Source of the DNA: Felis catus
Lineage: Eukaryota
NCBI RefSeq assembly: GCF_018350175.1
Contig: NC_058369.1
Span: forward strand, 26,848,001-26,912,000
Length of the DNA: 64,000 nt
Reading direction: 5' to 3'
Of this stretch, positions 35,855 to 48,060 are shown in pieces (position 1 is the first letter of the stretch; each line of letters opens with the position of its first letter). The translations under genes were made by a program, and so were the position numbers. A model generated the notes under the pieces. That model did no database searches, was not told the DNA's origin, and saw only the letters and a list, made by a program, of their open reading frames with translations.

Positions 35855-38800
35855 GGGGAGCGTGGGTTCAAGACAGAAGTGTAGGAAGATCCTGAGCTCA
35901 CCTGCTCCCCTGGATACACCACCCACAACTACGTTTGAGACAATTATCACCAAAGGAGGCCTGAAAACTGGATAAACAGAGTCTACACAAGGGACAGCAC
36001 CAAGATGAGCAGGAGAGGCAGAGACATGGTCTCACTAAGGGAAAAAACCACACCCCAGGCATGGTGCTCTGTGGTCTGGAGGGATATCAAAAGGACACAC
36101 TTTTCCCTGAGTTAGATTTGAGCTCCATATCAGGCACTCCAACCCTTAGATCCTGCACAAGAGAAATAAACTCCTAAAACATCTGGCTTTGAGAAGCAAC
36201 AGAGAGGGGCGTCTGGGTGGCTCAGTCAGTTAAACATCTGATTCTTGGTTTTGGCTCAGGTCATGATCTCACAGTTCATGAGATAGAGCCCTACTTTGGG
36301 CTCTGCACTGACAGTATGGAGGCTGCATGGGATATTCTCTCTCTCTCACTCTCCAAGTAAATAAATAAACTTAAAAAAAAAAAGAAAAGCAACAGAGAAT
36401 ATGTCCAGGAAAGCTATAGAACTATACAGATAAGAAAACCCACTCTTAAAGGTGCAGTATACAGACTCACTCAACTTAGAAACCAGCACAAAAACACCAG
36501 ATTAAAAAAACCAAAGACCAGTGGTAAAGGAAACCTGCTTATTAATCTTGGCATGCCAACAGGCTGGCAGCTGGGCCTCTGGGAACTGAGACACTAGTGG
36601 CAGCCCCATTTGCCAGCTCATTCTGCTGTGCTGATCCCAGTGCTGTTGAACACCATTTTGGAACCTACCCTCTAGACTACTATGTCAGGGAATGTGCCCC
36701 ACTGAGAACCTGCCCAACCATATGTCTTGTCAGGCCTTGCAGCTGACAGAACAGTAACCCTGCCCACCAGCACATCCGTGGCAGTCATGGCCAAGACTCA
36801 CAGCAGCCTCAGTGAAAGCCAGCCCTACACACCAACATGCCCACAGCAGTTACAGCTCTGCCACAACAGGAGGGTGAACACAGCCCACACAGGGAACAGC
36901 CCTGAAGTGCCTGACTCTGATAGCCAGTAGTGATTGTGTTTCTGGGCCCCACAGGACATCACCTACATAAGATCACTCCTTCAACACTGGGAAAACTAAA
37001 AAACATAAAAGACTGGGAAAACTACCTAAAACAGAAACAAGCACAGAAAGTAGGCAAAATGAGACTGAGGAATATGTTCCAAATGAGAGAACAAGACAAA
37101 ATCTCAGAAAAAGAACTAAATTAAATAGAAGAGTAATCTACCCAATAATAAGTTAAAAGTAATGATCATAAATATGCTTACCAAACTTGGGAATGGATGA
37201 ACACAGAACTATAACAGAGATAGAAAATATAAGAAAATATCAATCAGAACTGAAGAATAAAAAACAGAAATGAAATATACAGTACAGGGAATAAATAGCA
37301 GATTTATTTTTCAGTGAACTGGAAAACAGGCTAGTGGAAAGCACCCAAACTGAACTGCAAAAAGAAACAACGAGATAGTTTAAGCGACCACTGGGACAAC
37401 ATCAGTCACACTAATAGGGGTCCTGGAAGGACAAGAGAGAGACAAAGGGGCAGGAGGAAACTTATTTGAAGAAATAATAGCTGAAAACTTCCCTAATCTG
37501 GAAACAGATATCCAGTCCCAGAATTAACACAGTCTCAAACAAGAACTCATAGAGATACATACCAAGACACATTACAATGAAAATGTCAAAAATTAAAGAT
37601 AAAGAATCTTCAAAACAGCAAGAGAAAAGCAACCAGAGAAAAGTTACCTGTGAGGGAACCACTGTGAAACTGTCAGCTGATTTTTCAGGAGAAACTTTGC
37701 AGGCCAAAAGGGAGTGGCATGGTATATTCAAAGTACTGAAAAGAAAAAAACTTACAGTCAAGGATAGTCTACACAGCAAGGTTATCATTCAGAATTGAAG
37801 GGGAGATAAAGATTTCCATGTGGTGTTGGGAAAACTGGGAAGCTACATGCAAAAGAATGAAACTGGACCATTTTTTTTTTTACCATATACAAAAATAAAC
37901 TCAAAATGGATTGAAGACTTAACTATAAAACCTAAAATCATAAAACTCCTACAAGAAAACATAGGCAGTAGTTCTTTGAGATGGGTCTTAGTGACATTAT
38001 TTTGGATCTGTGACCAAAGACAACAAAAGCAAATATAAATGGAGTTACATCAAACTAAATTTTTTTGTATAACTATTTAGTTATACAAATTTTTAGTCTG
38101 TACAAACTAAAATATTTTGTATATCGAAGGAAACCATCAACAAAATGAAAAGGCAACTTAGTGAATGCGGGAAGATATCCAAAAATGATCTATCTGATAG
38201 GGGTTAACATCCAAAATATATAAAGAACTCTTAAAACTCAATTTAAAGATATCTGATTTAAAAATGGGCAGAAGAATTAAATAGGCATTCTTCACAGAAG
38301 ACATAGAGGGCCAAAAGACACATGAAAAGGGGCTCAACACAGTTAGCCATCAGGGAAATGCAAATTAAAACCACCATGAGTTATCACTTAACAACTATCA
38401 GAATGGCTAGTTTGCAAAAGAGAAGAAAGAACAAGTGTTGATGAAGATGTAGAGAAAAGGGAACCCTCGTGCACTGTTGGTGGGAATATAAGTTGGAGCA
38501 GCCACTATGTAAATCAGTATGGAATTTCCTCAGAAAATTAAAAATAAAACTAACATATGACCCAGCAATTCCACTTGTAGGTATTTATCCAGTGAAAGTG
38601 AAAACACCAGTCCAAAAAAATATACACATCCCTATGTTTATTGCAGCATTATTTCCAATAGCCATGAAATGGAAGCAACTTAAATGTCCATTGATAGATG
38701 AATGGATAAAGAATATACGGTGTGTGTTTGTGTGTTTGTGTGTATGTGTGATGACTGCCAGAGGGGATGGGATGAAGGAGGTGGACAAAATAGGTAAATG

Positions 38801-39016
38801 AGATTAAGAGGTGCCATCTTCCAGCTATAGTATAAATAAGATGTGGGGATGTACTATACAGCCTAGGGAATATAGTCAGTAATATTGTAACAACTTTCTA
38901 TGGTGACAGATGGTAACTAGACTTGTGATGACTATTTTGTAATATATATAAATATCAAATCAGTATGTTATACACCTGAAGCTAATATAATATTTTGTCA
39001 ATTATTTTTCAAAAAA
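35855..39016 (+). mobile_element. L1 (L1MA9/carnivore type) with 5' UTR and ORF1 joined directly to the ORF2 C-terminal region and 3' UTR
   Basis: 5' UTR start (ttcaagac...gtaggaagatcctgagctcacc); ORF1p-like peptide at 37577-37798 (LSADFSGETLQAKREWHGIFKVLK); jump at about 37818 to tggtgttgggaaaactgg; L1MA9-like 3' end. Confidence 0.9.
36206..36386 (+). mobile_element. Can-SINE inside L1 5' UTR
   Basis: TSD aagcaacagaga at 36194-36205 and 36387-36398. Confidence 0.94.
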
Positions 39017-39290
39017 TGTTGACAAGTTATTCAAAATTTAAATAACATAATGTTGGTGAAACCAAAGTGTTATGAATTTTGCCCTAAAGATCATAGCATG
39101 GAAAGCTCATGGAAAGGGCTGTCAAAGACTTGAGTTCTTGTCTTACTTTAACTTAACCAGGTACTTTAACTTTCTTGGCCTTAATTTTTCAATTATTGAA
39201 AGTACACTTCTATGACCCAGTGTCAAGCATGATAATTAGAACTTTATGAAATACTAGCAGTGATCAAGTCCTGTGGATCTGAAGTGTAAA

Positions 39291-39374
39291 TGCTAGATTG
39301 AGCCATATGAAATTACTGATAATTGGCCATTTTGGATCTACAAAAACATTACTTTCATGTTATTCAACCTAATA
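39291..39374. mobile_element. MADE2-like mariner MITE
   Basis: About 80 bp with terminal inverted repeats tagattgagccatatgaaat / actttcatgttattcaaccta. Confidence 0.8.
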
Positions 39375-40604
39375 GTTTTGTTTCACTTGAGTCTGAAAGC
39401 ATGATGAACCAGGCATTGCTGTGCTGAGACATACTAGAATCTGAGGGGAAAAAAAAAAAATGTTCTCCTACATTTTATAGCAAGGTCAGGAATTTGGCCA
39501 GAAAGCCATAGGCAGAGGACAAGAGCATTAATGGAGACAGAATAATGATTTGCCTTTTATTCCGCTGTAGCAGCAGCTAATTTGATCTGACTGAGCTCTT
39601 GTTTCTAGGTTTCTCACTTAGGTATTCATTCTCTAGACAGGCCTCCAGGTGGCTCATACCTGAGTCCATTTAGGAATCTGATTTGGATCTGAGTCATTTA
39701 TATGTATGAAGATTATAAGCCTTCATTGTTTGTAAAATAATAATACTTTTAAATAAACAGCTCAAGTTCAAAGTGAAAAGAAATGAATGAGTATCAACAT
39801 GTGTACATTCATTTTTACCCAGAACAGTTAACTGAGTTTAGCATTAACCAAGCATAAAATATAGCTATGCACCAACTCTTTCAGTCTGAGTTCAACATCT
39901 CATGCATACCAGGTATAGGGTACTTAACAATAATTACCTTACTAGTTTAAAGTGGGCCTTACAGTAATCCACATTGTAATTTTTTTCCTACTCCCTGAGG
40001 CAATTAATTTTAAACTATAGCTAAGGCATGCAATCCAGATGTACATTGATTTCAGGCTGGGTTACTTGGTGTCAAATTCAGTTCTTTTGTTCATAAGGAA
40101 CATGAGAGCTCTACACCATTTGTGTCAATATAGTACTTTGTTCTTAAACATGTAGTATATATATTGAGAAAATATGTAGAACCACCTCATATACATAAGG
40201 ATATTTTAGTTCAAGAAATGCAATAGGTGTCCAATACAGAATGGTTGAATGAATAAACATGTGTTGAATATTTACCGTATGCTTGATACTGTGATATCAA
40301 AATATAAAAAACCCTGCTCTGCCAGGAAAGTATGAGAATATCGGAGTATGGGAATGACATTAGTAGGGCAGCAGTGGCAGTGGCAGTCTTTCATTCTGTC
40401 AGTTTCGCAGAGTGGTCCTTTATGCTAGAATCTTAGTCTTAAGTTAGTCCTAGTCACTGTCCTCCTAGCAGTTCTGTGAGCTTCCACAAATCTCTTTAAT
40501 GACCTGCTTCTCATTAATTGGCTAAAGTTGGTCTCCGTTGCTTGCAACTAAAAGCCTTGTGTGATTCAAGGGAGAACCCCCAGTGCAAGCGAGATGTCCT
40601 TTTT

Positions 40605-40827
40605 TTTTTTTTTAAATTTTTTTTTTCGACTTTTTTTTGGGGGGGACAGAGAGAGACAGAGCATGAACGGGGGAGGGGCAGAGAGAGAGGGAGACACAGA
40701 ATCGGAAACAGGCTCCAGGCTCTGAGCCATCAGCCCAGAGCCCGACGCGGGGCTCGAACTCACGGACCGCGAGATCGTGACCTGGCTGAAGTCAGACGCT
40801 TAACCGACTGCGCCACCCAGGCGCCCC
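40605..40827 (-). mobile_element. Young SINEC_Fc
   Basis: TSD gagatgtccttttt at 40591-40604 and 40828-40841. Confidence 0.97.
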
Positions 40828-41124
40828 GAGATGTCCTTTTTATAGATAGGATATTTTTGCAATGAACCTGAGGGGACTGACTATGCTTAAAGAGTAAAAC
40901 AGGATGAAGATTTTTGAAATAACTGGGCACAAAAGTTTTTTCCCTAAGGTTTTTAAAAAGGAAACGAGATCACTTCTACAGTGTACCTAGTGTGGCAATA
41001 AAGTCCACCAGGCTTGTTGTCAAGGGAAACATTTAGTGGGTGGGCAAGCCAACACTTATTCACTTCACTAGCATCATTATATGAAATTTGAAAAATAATG
41101 ATCCTAATTCATCAACTACTTAAA

Positions 41125-41333
41125 ATTTTTTTAACAGTTATTCATTTTTGAGAGACAGAGAGAGATAAAGCGTGCATGGGGGAGGGTCAGAGAGGGAGGG
41201 AGATGGAATCTGAAGCAGGCTCCAGGTTCTGAGTTGTCAGCAGAGTCCAACGTGGGGCTCAAACTCACGAACCAGGAGATCATGACCTGCGCGGAAGTCA
41301 GACGCTTAACTGACTGAACCACCCAGGTGCCCC
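41125..41333 (-). mobile_element. Can-SINE
   Basis: Flanking repeat ttcatcaactactt at 41108-41121 and 41340-41353. Confidence 0.94.
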
Positions 41334-41813
41334 AGCTATTTCATCAACTACTTTTAAATTAAGTTCACCTATTTGCTATGATACTGAAGTTCATAACACC
41401 TTAGGCAGATTTAGAGAGATTTCAGTGAAATGGTTTAAGATAAAAAATCTCCATGAATTGATTACAACAGGAGTTTATTTGTAAAATTCGTTTGCATGGC
41501 GTAATTCATTCCTCAACTTTGCCAGATAAATTTGCTGTTGCTGTAGTTGCTAGATATCTGATTCATTCATTTTGGTATAAACTCAGTAGTAAAATTTTGC
41601 TTATAACCATATATAAACTTTCCATGGATAATCAGTTTATCTAATGGAGAAGAAACTGATACTGACTTCATTGAAACAGTTTACTTTTTTTACATGTAAA
41701 GAAAAAAATGAACATTTGTTAACACAAAATTATTTGTAAAGGTATAATTTATTTAAACAATAATTTCTTTATAGTATTGTCCTATAGGTATGGTTTCAAA
41801 ATGTTTATGTTTT

Positions 41814-41992
41814 GGGGAGTGTGGGTGGCTCAGTTGGTTAAGTGTCAGACTCTTAATTTTGGCTCAGGTCATGATCTCACGGTTTGTGAGTTTAAGCCCC
41901 ACATTGACAGTGTGGAACCTGCTTGGGACTTTCTCTCCTCTCTCTGCCTCTCTTGCCTCTTGCTCTCTCTCAGAATAAATAAATAAGCTTAA
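41814..41992 (+). mobile_element. Can-SINE
   Basis: Flanked on both sides by aaaatgtttatg(t/c)ttt. Confidence 0.92.
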
Positions 41993-42509
41993 AAAATGTT
42001 TATGCTTTAAAGCATCCGCTAAAAATGTCCAAAGTGAATCTTCAGAGATGTCAAAATTCCATTATCTCTTTGTTAATAAATATTCAGCATTGATAGGATA
42101 TCAGATCTGGCTGACTGCTTGTCAAGAATGTTGTAGAAAAAAATGTAGTCATTGGATGATAGGACCATTGAATTAAACACATGACTTTGAGATTCCTTCA
42201 AATCTTGAAATTCTATGAGCATCTATGATATACAGTAAGAAGTAACAAATTAAGACTCATAGTTTAACAAATTCTTTTCATATCTGTGTAATTTTAATTC
42301 CATCTCAGATTTTAAAAGCTGGATAAAATTTTAGTAATATAGCTATTCTTTATAGAAATTGCCTTTCTTAAAATGATAGAATTAAATGAATTGAGACTTC
42401 CAGAAAATTATCTAGTCCAAGTTCCTAGTTAAATATAAAACGTTGTAATTTTAAACAAAAACAGTATTTTCAACACTCACCTTTAAATTTTTGGTTTTAT
42501 TTAAATTCT

Positions 42510-42740
42510 TTTATGTATAATTTATATCATATGTAATATTTAATAGTGTGTATATATTATATATAAATGTTTTATGCATATATAGATATAATGTATATTT
42601 GTCATATGTACACACATTATATAAATAATGTATATATTTATGTATACTATTACATATAGTATATATATTATATATACATACACAGATATATATATGTATG
42701 CACATACATATATATATTTGTATATATTGTATATATAAAT
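42510..42740. repeat. Degenerate (TA)n/(TATG)n low-complexity tract
   Basis: Seen directly. Confidence 0.9.
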
Positions 42741-42744
42741 GTTC

Positions 42745-43078
42745 TATCTCCAAAACATCTCTTAAATCCATTTCTCCCCAGCTTTTCTGTAACATTTCCT
42801 AATTCAAGTAACTATCATGTTGTACCTGGGCTGCTGCCATAGCCTTCTACTGCTCTCCCTGCTTCCACTTTTGCCCCCATTCCAGGCAGCCAGAATGAAC
42901 TTTTGAAACTGTCAATCATATATATAATTCTTCTCCTTAAAATCCTTCTGTGGTTTCCCTCTGCCCTTAGTATATAATCCTAGTTTCATAAAATGTCCAA
43001 CAAAGCTCTCCAAGCTGTCACATGTGCCTACATCTTCAATTTCATCTCTATCCTTAGTCTCTTTTATTCTCTCAGCAT
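42745..43078 (+). mobile_element. L2 fragment that resumes at about 45870-46215 after the L1 insertion
   Basis: tagccttctactgctctccctgcttcc...gcagccagaatga...; 3' end ttgaatgaatgagtgaat near 46200. Confidence 0.7.
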
Positions 43079-43654
43079 TTTTTCTGTTTACAGGAATATA
43101 GAATTATAATTTACATGCCACACAATTAACCCTCCTAAGTTGTAAATTCAATAGATCTTAATATAGCCAGAGAATTGTACCACCTTCATGACAATCAATT
43201 TTAGAACATTTTCGTCACTCCAGAAGAAAACCCAGTACCCCATAGCGGTCATCCTCAATTTACCGCCAACACTCTTAGCCCTAGGCAATACTAATCAACT
43301 TTCTATCTCTCAAGTTTTGCCTATTGTGGATATTTTATTTAAGTGACATCAAACAATGATTTTTATGACTGACTTCTTTTACTTAGGATGTTTTCAAGGT
43401 GCATCCATGTTGTAGTGTGTATCAGTACTACATTTTTTTTTATTATAGGATAATGCTCCATTGTGTAGATGTATCACATGTTATGTATTCATTCATCAGT
43501 TGATGGATATTTGAGTTGTCTCCATTTTTTGTCTATTGTGAATAGTGCTGCTATGAACATTCATGTACAAGTTTTAAGTGGACATATGTTTTTATTTACC
43601 TTTGATATATACCTAGGAGTAGAATTGCTGGGTCATATAGTAACTCTATGGTTG

Positions 43655-44116
43655 CAGTAGTCCTCCCTTGTCCATGGGGCATGGATATGTTCCAAGACTT
43701 CTAGCGAATGCCTGAAACCACAGATAGTGGTGAACTTTATATATAGTATGTTTTTTCCTTTACATACTTACCTGTGATAAAGCATAATTTATAAATTAGG
43801 TACAGTAAGGATTAACAATAACTAATAATAGAATAGAACAGATATAACAACATACTGTAATAAAAGCTACCTGACTGGTCACTCTCTCAGAATATCTTGT
43901 ACTGTTCTCACCTTTCTTCTTGTGATGATGAGAGATGATAAATGCCTATGTGGTAAGATGAAGTGAGGTGAATGACATAAGCATTGTGATGTAACATTAG
44001 GCTACTGTTGACCTTCTGATGCTTTGTCAGGAGGGTCATCTGTTTCTGGACTGCAGCTGACCATAGATAAGTGAAACTGTGGGAAGCAAAACTGTGAACA
44101 AGTGGGGGGACTACTG
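43655..44116. mobile_element. MER44/Tigger7-like non-autonomous DNA transposon
   Basis: TIRs cagtagtcctccctt / aagtggggggactactg, TA on the right flank; host L1 text rejoins across it. Confidence 0.9.
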
Positions 44117-45092
44117 TAATCTTGAGGAACTGCCAGATTGTTTTCCAAAGCAACTGTGCCATTTTATATTCCTACCAGCTGTGGTTGAGGGTTCCAGTTT
44201 TTCCACATTCTTGCCAATACTTGTTACCATTTGTCCTTTTTAGTATGGCCATCCTAATGGGAAATGTTATCTGCTTACTGGCCCTTTTTATATCTTCTTA
44301 GGAGAAATATCATTTCAGAACTTCTGCCCATTTAAAAAATTTGGGTTGTATTTTTCCTTAATGAATGGTGAGAGTTATTTATATATTCTAGATAGAAGTT
44401 TCTTATCAGATGAATGATTTACAAACATTTTTCCCCATTCAATGGATTGTATTTTTCCTTTCTTGATAATGTCCTTTGAATAACAAATGTTCAAAATTTT
44501 GATGAAAACCAATTCTTTTCTTTTGTGGCTTGTGCCTTTGGTCTCATATCTAAGAAACCATTGCTCAACCCAAGATCATGAACATTTAAACCTATGTTTT
44601 CTTCTAAGAGTTTCGTTTTTAAGCTCTTACAATTAGGTCTTTGATCCGTATTTAGTTAATATTTGTATATAGTATGAGGAAGGGACCCAACTTCGCTCTT
44701 TTGCATGTGGTAATCCAGTTATCCCAGCACCATTGTTGAAAAGGCTATTCTTTCCCTATTTGGTGGTCTTGGCACCATAGTCAAGAATCAGTTGATCATA
44801 GATATATGGTTTATTGCTGGGCTCTCAAATCTATTCTATTAATCTATAAGTCTATTTTTATATCAGTACCACACTCTGGATTACTGTAGCTTTGTAGTAA
44901 GTTTTGAAATTGAGAAGATATGCATCATCCTACTTTGTTCTTTTTTTAAAGATTGTTTTGGATATTCTAATTTTCTTGCATTTCCATATAAATTATAAGA
45001 TCAACTTGTCAATTTCTGCAAAAAAGTCATCTAAGATTTTAATAGGAATTGTCTTGAATTTGTTTATCACTCTGGGGTCTATTTCCATTTTA

Positions 45093-45311
45093 TTTTATTT
45101 AAAAAATTTTTTTTAAGTTTATTTTTGAGACAGAGAGAGATAGAGCACGAGTGGGGAGAGACAGAGAGAGAGGGAGACACAGAATCTGAGGAAGGCTCCA
45201 GGCTCTGAGCTGTCAGCACAGAGCCAGATGCAGGGCTCAAGCTCATGGACCTCAAAATCATGACCTGAACTGAAGTTGGACGCTCAACCGACTGAGCCAC
45301 CCACGTGCCCC
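45093..45311 (-). mobile_element. Can-SINE
   Basis: TSD tatttccatttta at 45080-45092 and 45312-45324. Confidence 0.95.
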
Positions 45312-46712
45312 TATTTCCATTTTAATAATACTACATCTTCAATAATATATTCTAATATGGGATGTCTTTTCATTTATTTAGATCTTCTTTAATTACTTTT
45401 GATGATATTTTGTAGATTTTAGTGTATAAGTTTTAGACTTGTTTGGTAAATTTATTCCTAAATATTTTCTTTTGATGCTTTGTAAATGAATGTTTTATTA
45501 ATTTTATTAATTAATTTTCAAATTGTTCATTGCAAGTGGGTAGAAAGAAACTGGTTTTTGTATGTTGATCTTATATCTTGCAACTTTCCTGTATCCATTT
45601 ATTAGCTCTAAGTCTTTTTGTGGACACCTTATGATTTTCTATGTACATGATCATGTCATCTGCAAACAGAGATGGTTTTATTTATTTCTTTTCAATCTGG
45701 ATGTCTTTTATCCTTTTTCTTGCCTAAGAACATGTGTTGGATAAAAGTGGTGAGAGCTGACATTCCTGTCTTCCTCCTGATCATGCAGGGAAAATTTTTC
45801 AGTGTTTCACCATTAAGTGTTATGTTAGATGTGGATATTTATCTATAGTTTTTTTTTTTGCACCAACACACAGAGTGTTTAGAACTTGACAAACTTTCCT
45901 GCCTCAAGGCCTTTGCCATCCTGGTTTTTTCATGTTTGGCTTCTTCTCATCCTTCAATTTTCAAAACAGGCTTTCCCCAGCTAAGATGAACTACCTCCTC
46001 AAGTTATTTTTCTTTAGAAGGGCATCCTGTTTCCTTTATAGCACCTACTCCAGTCTGTAGTTATTTTTATATTTATTTGCTTTTAATTCTCTGGCTCTTT
46101 ATCTATATTCCATGAAGATAGTGACAGTTTCCATATTGCTTGCTGTTGTGTGTCTGGTGCCCAGAACAATAAGTACTCCCTACATTCTGTTGAATGAATG
46201 AGTGAATAAATAAGCATTCACAATATACCCATGTGTCTTTGAAGTCATGTGATAGATTTGAACAAACATGGGTGTACCTACCCACTTAAAGACTATCTCC
46301 CACTTAAGAGTAGCCACTTCAGAAACTACTGAGTTGTTTCATGGTGATACCATTTTTCAAAAATGTTTCTAGAATTCTTTTGTTTCTTAAATTCCACATA
46401 TGAGTGAAATTTTTTGGAATTAGCTTCACAGCCTCTGACATTTTCTTTGTATCATATCACTTTTTAAGAAAAAAATGTGAATTGTATAAACTGAAATCTG
46501 TATCTGCACTATTAGGCATGTAAATGCATGATGATATGACAAGGCAATGGATTTGTCATCATTAGCATGTAAGAGAACAGTCATGTTTCTTTTACACTAA
46601 CATGTTTGGAAACTCATTTTATGGTTCTGGAGTTAATACACTTAGGTATGTCAAAAAAAGAAAGCCTGCAGGTAGCTCTTGTCTGAGATTCACATCATAG
46701 ATTGTTTTTCAC

Positions 46713-46920
46713 ACCTGGGTGGCTTGGTTGGTTAAGCCTCCAACTCTTGACTTGAACTCAGGTCATGATCTCACAGTTCGTGAGTTCGAGCCCTGTGTCG
46801 GGCTCTGTGCTGACAGTGCAGAGCCTGCATGGGATTCTCTCTCTCCCTCTCTCTCAGCCCCTCTCCCTCTCATGCTCTCTCTCTCTCTCTCAAAACAAAC
46901 AAACAAACAAACAAACAAAC
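46713..46920 (+). mobile_element. Can-SINE, slightly 5'-clipped, (AAAC)n tail, flanked by a 50-bp direct repeat
   Basis: 46663-46712 and 46921-46970 match at 47/50 positions. Confidence 0.95.
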
Positions 46921-46999
46921 AGCCTGCAGGTAGCTCTTTTCTGAGTTTCACATCATAGATTGCTTTTCACTCAGTCTGTAAATATGCCAAATGGGCTTT

Positions 47000-47210
47000 T
47001 AAGTGAGACCTCTGATCCTATCCTGACTCTGATACTATGTCTCTAGGACCCTGATAAGTTATTTAACATATCCGAGCTGTAGATTCTCTCCTGTAAAATC
47101 ATTCAATTTACTGGACTTCTAGGAGTTAGGTGAGATAATGATATTGCAAATGCTCACCCTAGTGCTAGGTATATAGTAGGCTCTTAATAAATGACAGCTG
47201 CTATAATTAG
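47000..47210 (+). mobile_element. MIR
   Basis: aagttatttaac...ctgtaaaat...tagtaggctcttaataaatgacagct. Confidence 0.7.
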
Positions 47211-47361
47211 TATAATCACTTATTTAGCTCAGCCCCCCATCTTACCACTAAGGAAACTCACTCAGTTTTTTGCCAAGAATAAGGTCAGATGTTAAAAAAC
47301 TGACACTCAAAACTGATTTACTGGCTCAGTCCACTTCTTTCCAATTCAACGTGCAGAACTA

Positions 47362-48060
47362 ACAAGAAACAAGTGTTGGCAAGGATATGGAGAAAAAAGA
47401 ACATTTTTGCACTGTTGGTGGGAATGTGCAGCTACTGTGGTAAACAGTATAGAGCTAAATGTTTGAAATAGAACTACTCTCTGATTCAGTAATTGCACTA
47501 CTGGGTATTTACCCAAAACCCACAAAAACACTAATTCAGAGGGATACATGCACCCCTGCAGCATTTTTTATAATAGCCAAATTATGGAAACCTCCCTCCC
47601 AGTGTCCATAGACAGATGAATGGATTAAGAAGATGTGGTATATATAGACAATGGAATATTATTTAGCCATAAAAAGAATGAAATCTTGCCATTGGTAACA
47701 AATGGAGCTAGAGGGTATAATGCTAGAGGGTATAATGCTAAGTGAAATAAGTCAGAGAAAGACAAATACCACATGATTTCACTCATACATGGAATGTAAG
47801 CAACAAAAGAGGTGAGCTTAGGAAAAAACAAAAAAAGAGAGAGAGAAGTCAAAAAAGAGACTCTTAACTATTGAGAACAAACTGGATGGTTACCAGAAGG
47901 GAAGTGGGTGAGGGGATGGGTGAAATAGGTGATGGGGATGGGGAGTGCACTTGCAGTGAGCACTGGGTGATGTAAGGAATTTTGAATCACTATATTGTAC
48001 CCCTGAAGCTAGCATAACACTATATGTTAACTCTACTGGAATTAAAATAAAATTAAAAAG
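47362..48060 (+). mobile_element. Short 5'-truncated carnivore L1
   Basis: TSD ac(g/a)tgcagaacta at 47349-47361 and 48061-48073; internal 15-bp tandem duplication at 47707-47736. Confidence 0.92.

Larger units (their letters stand above)
43080..45850 (-). mobile_element. Old L1 (L1MB-type) 3' portion with nested MER44 and SINE
   Basis: caattttagaacattttcgtcactccag 3' UTR followed by reversed ORF2 text. Confidence 0.9.
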
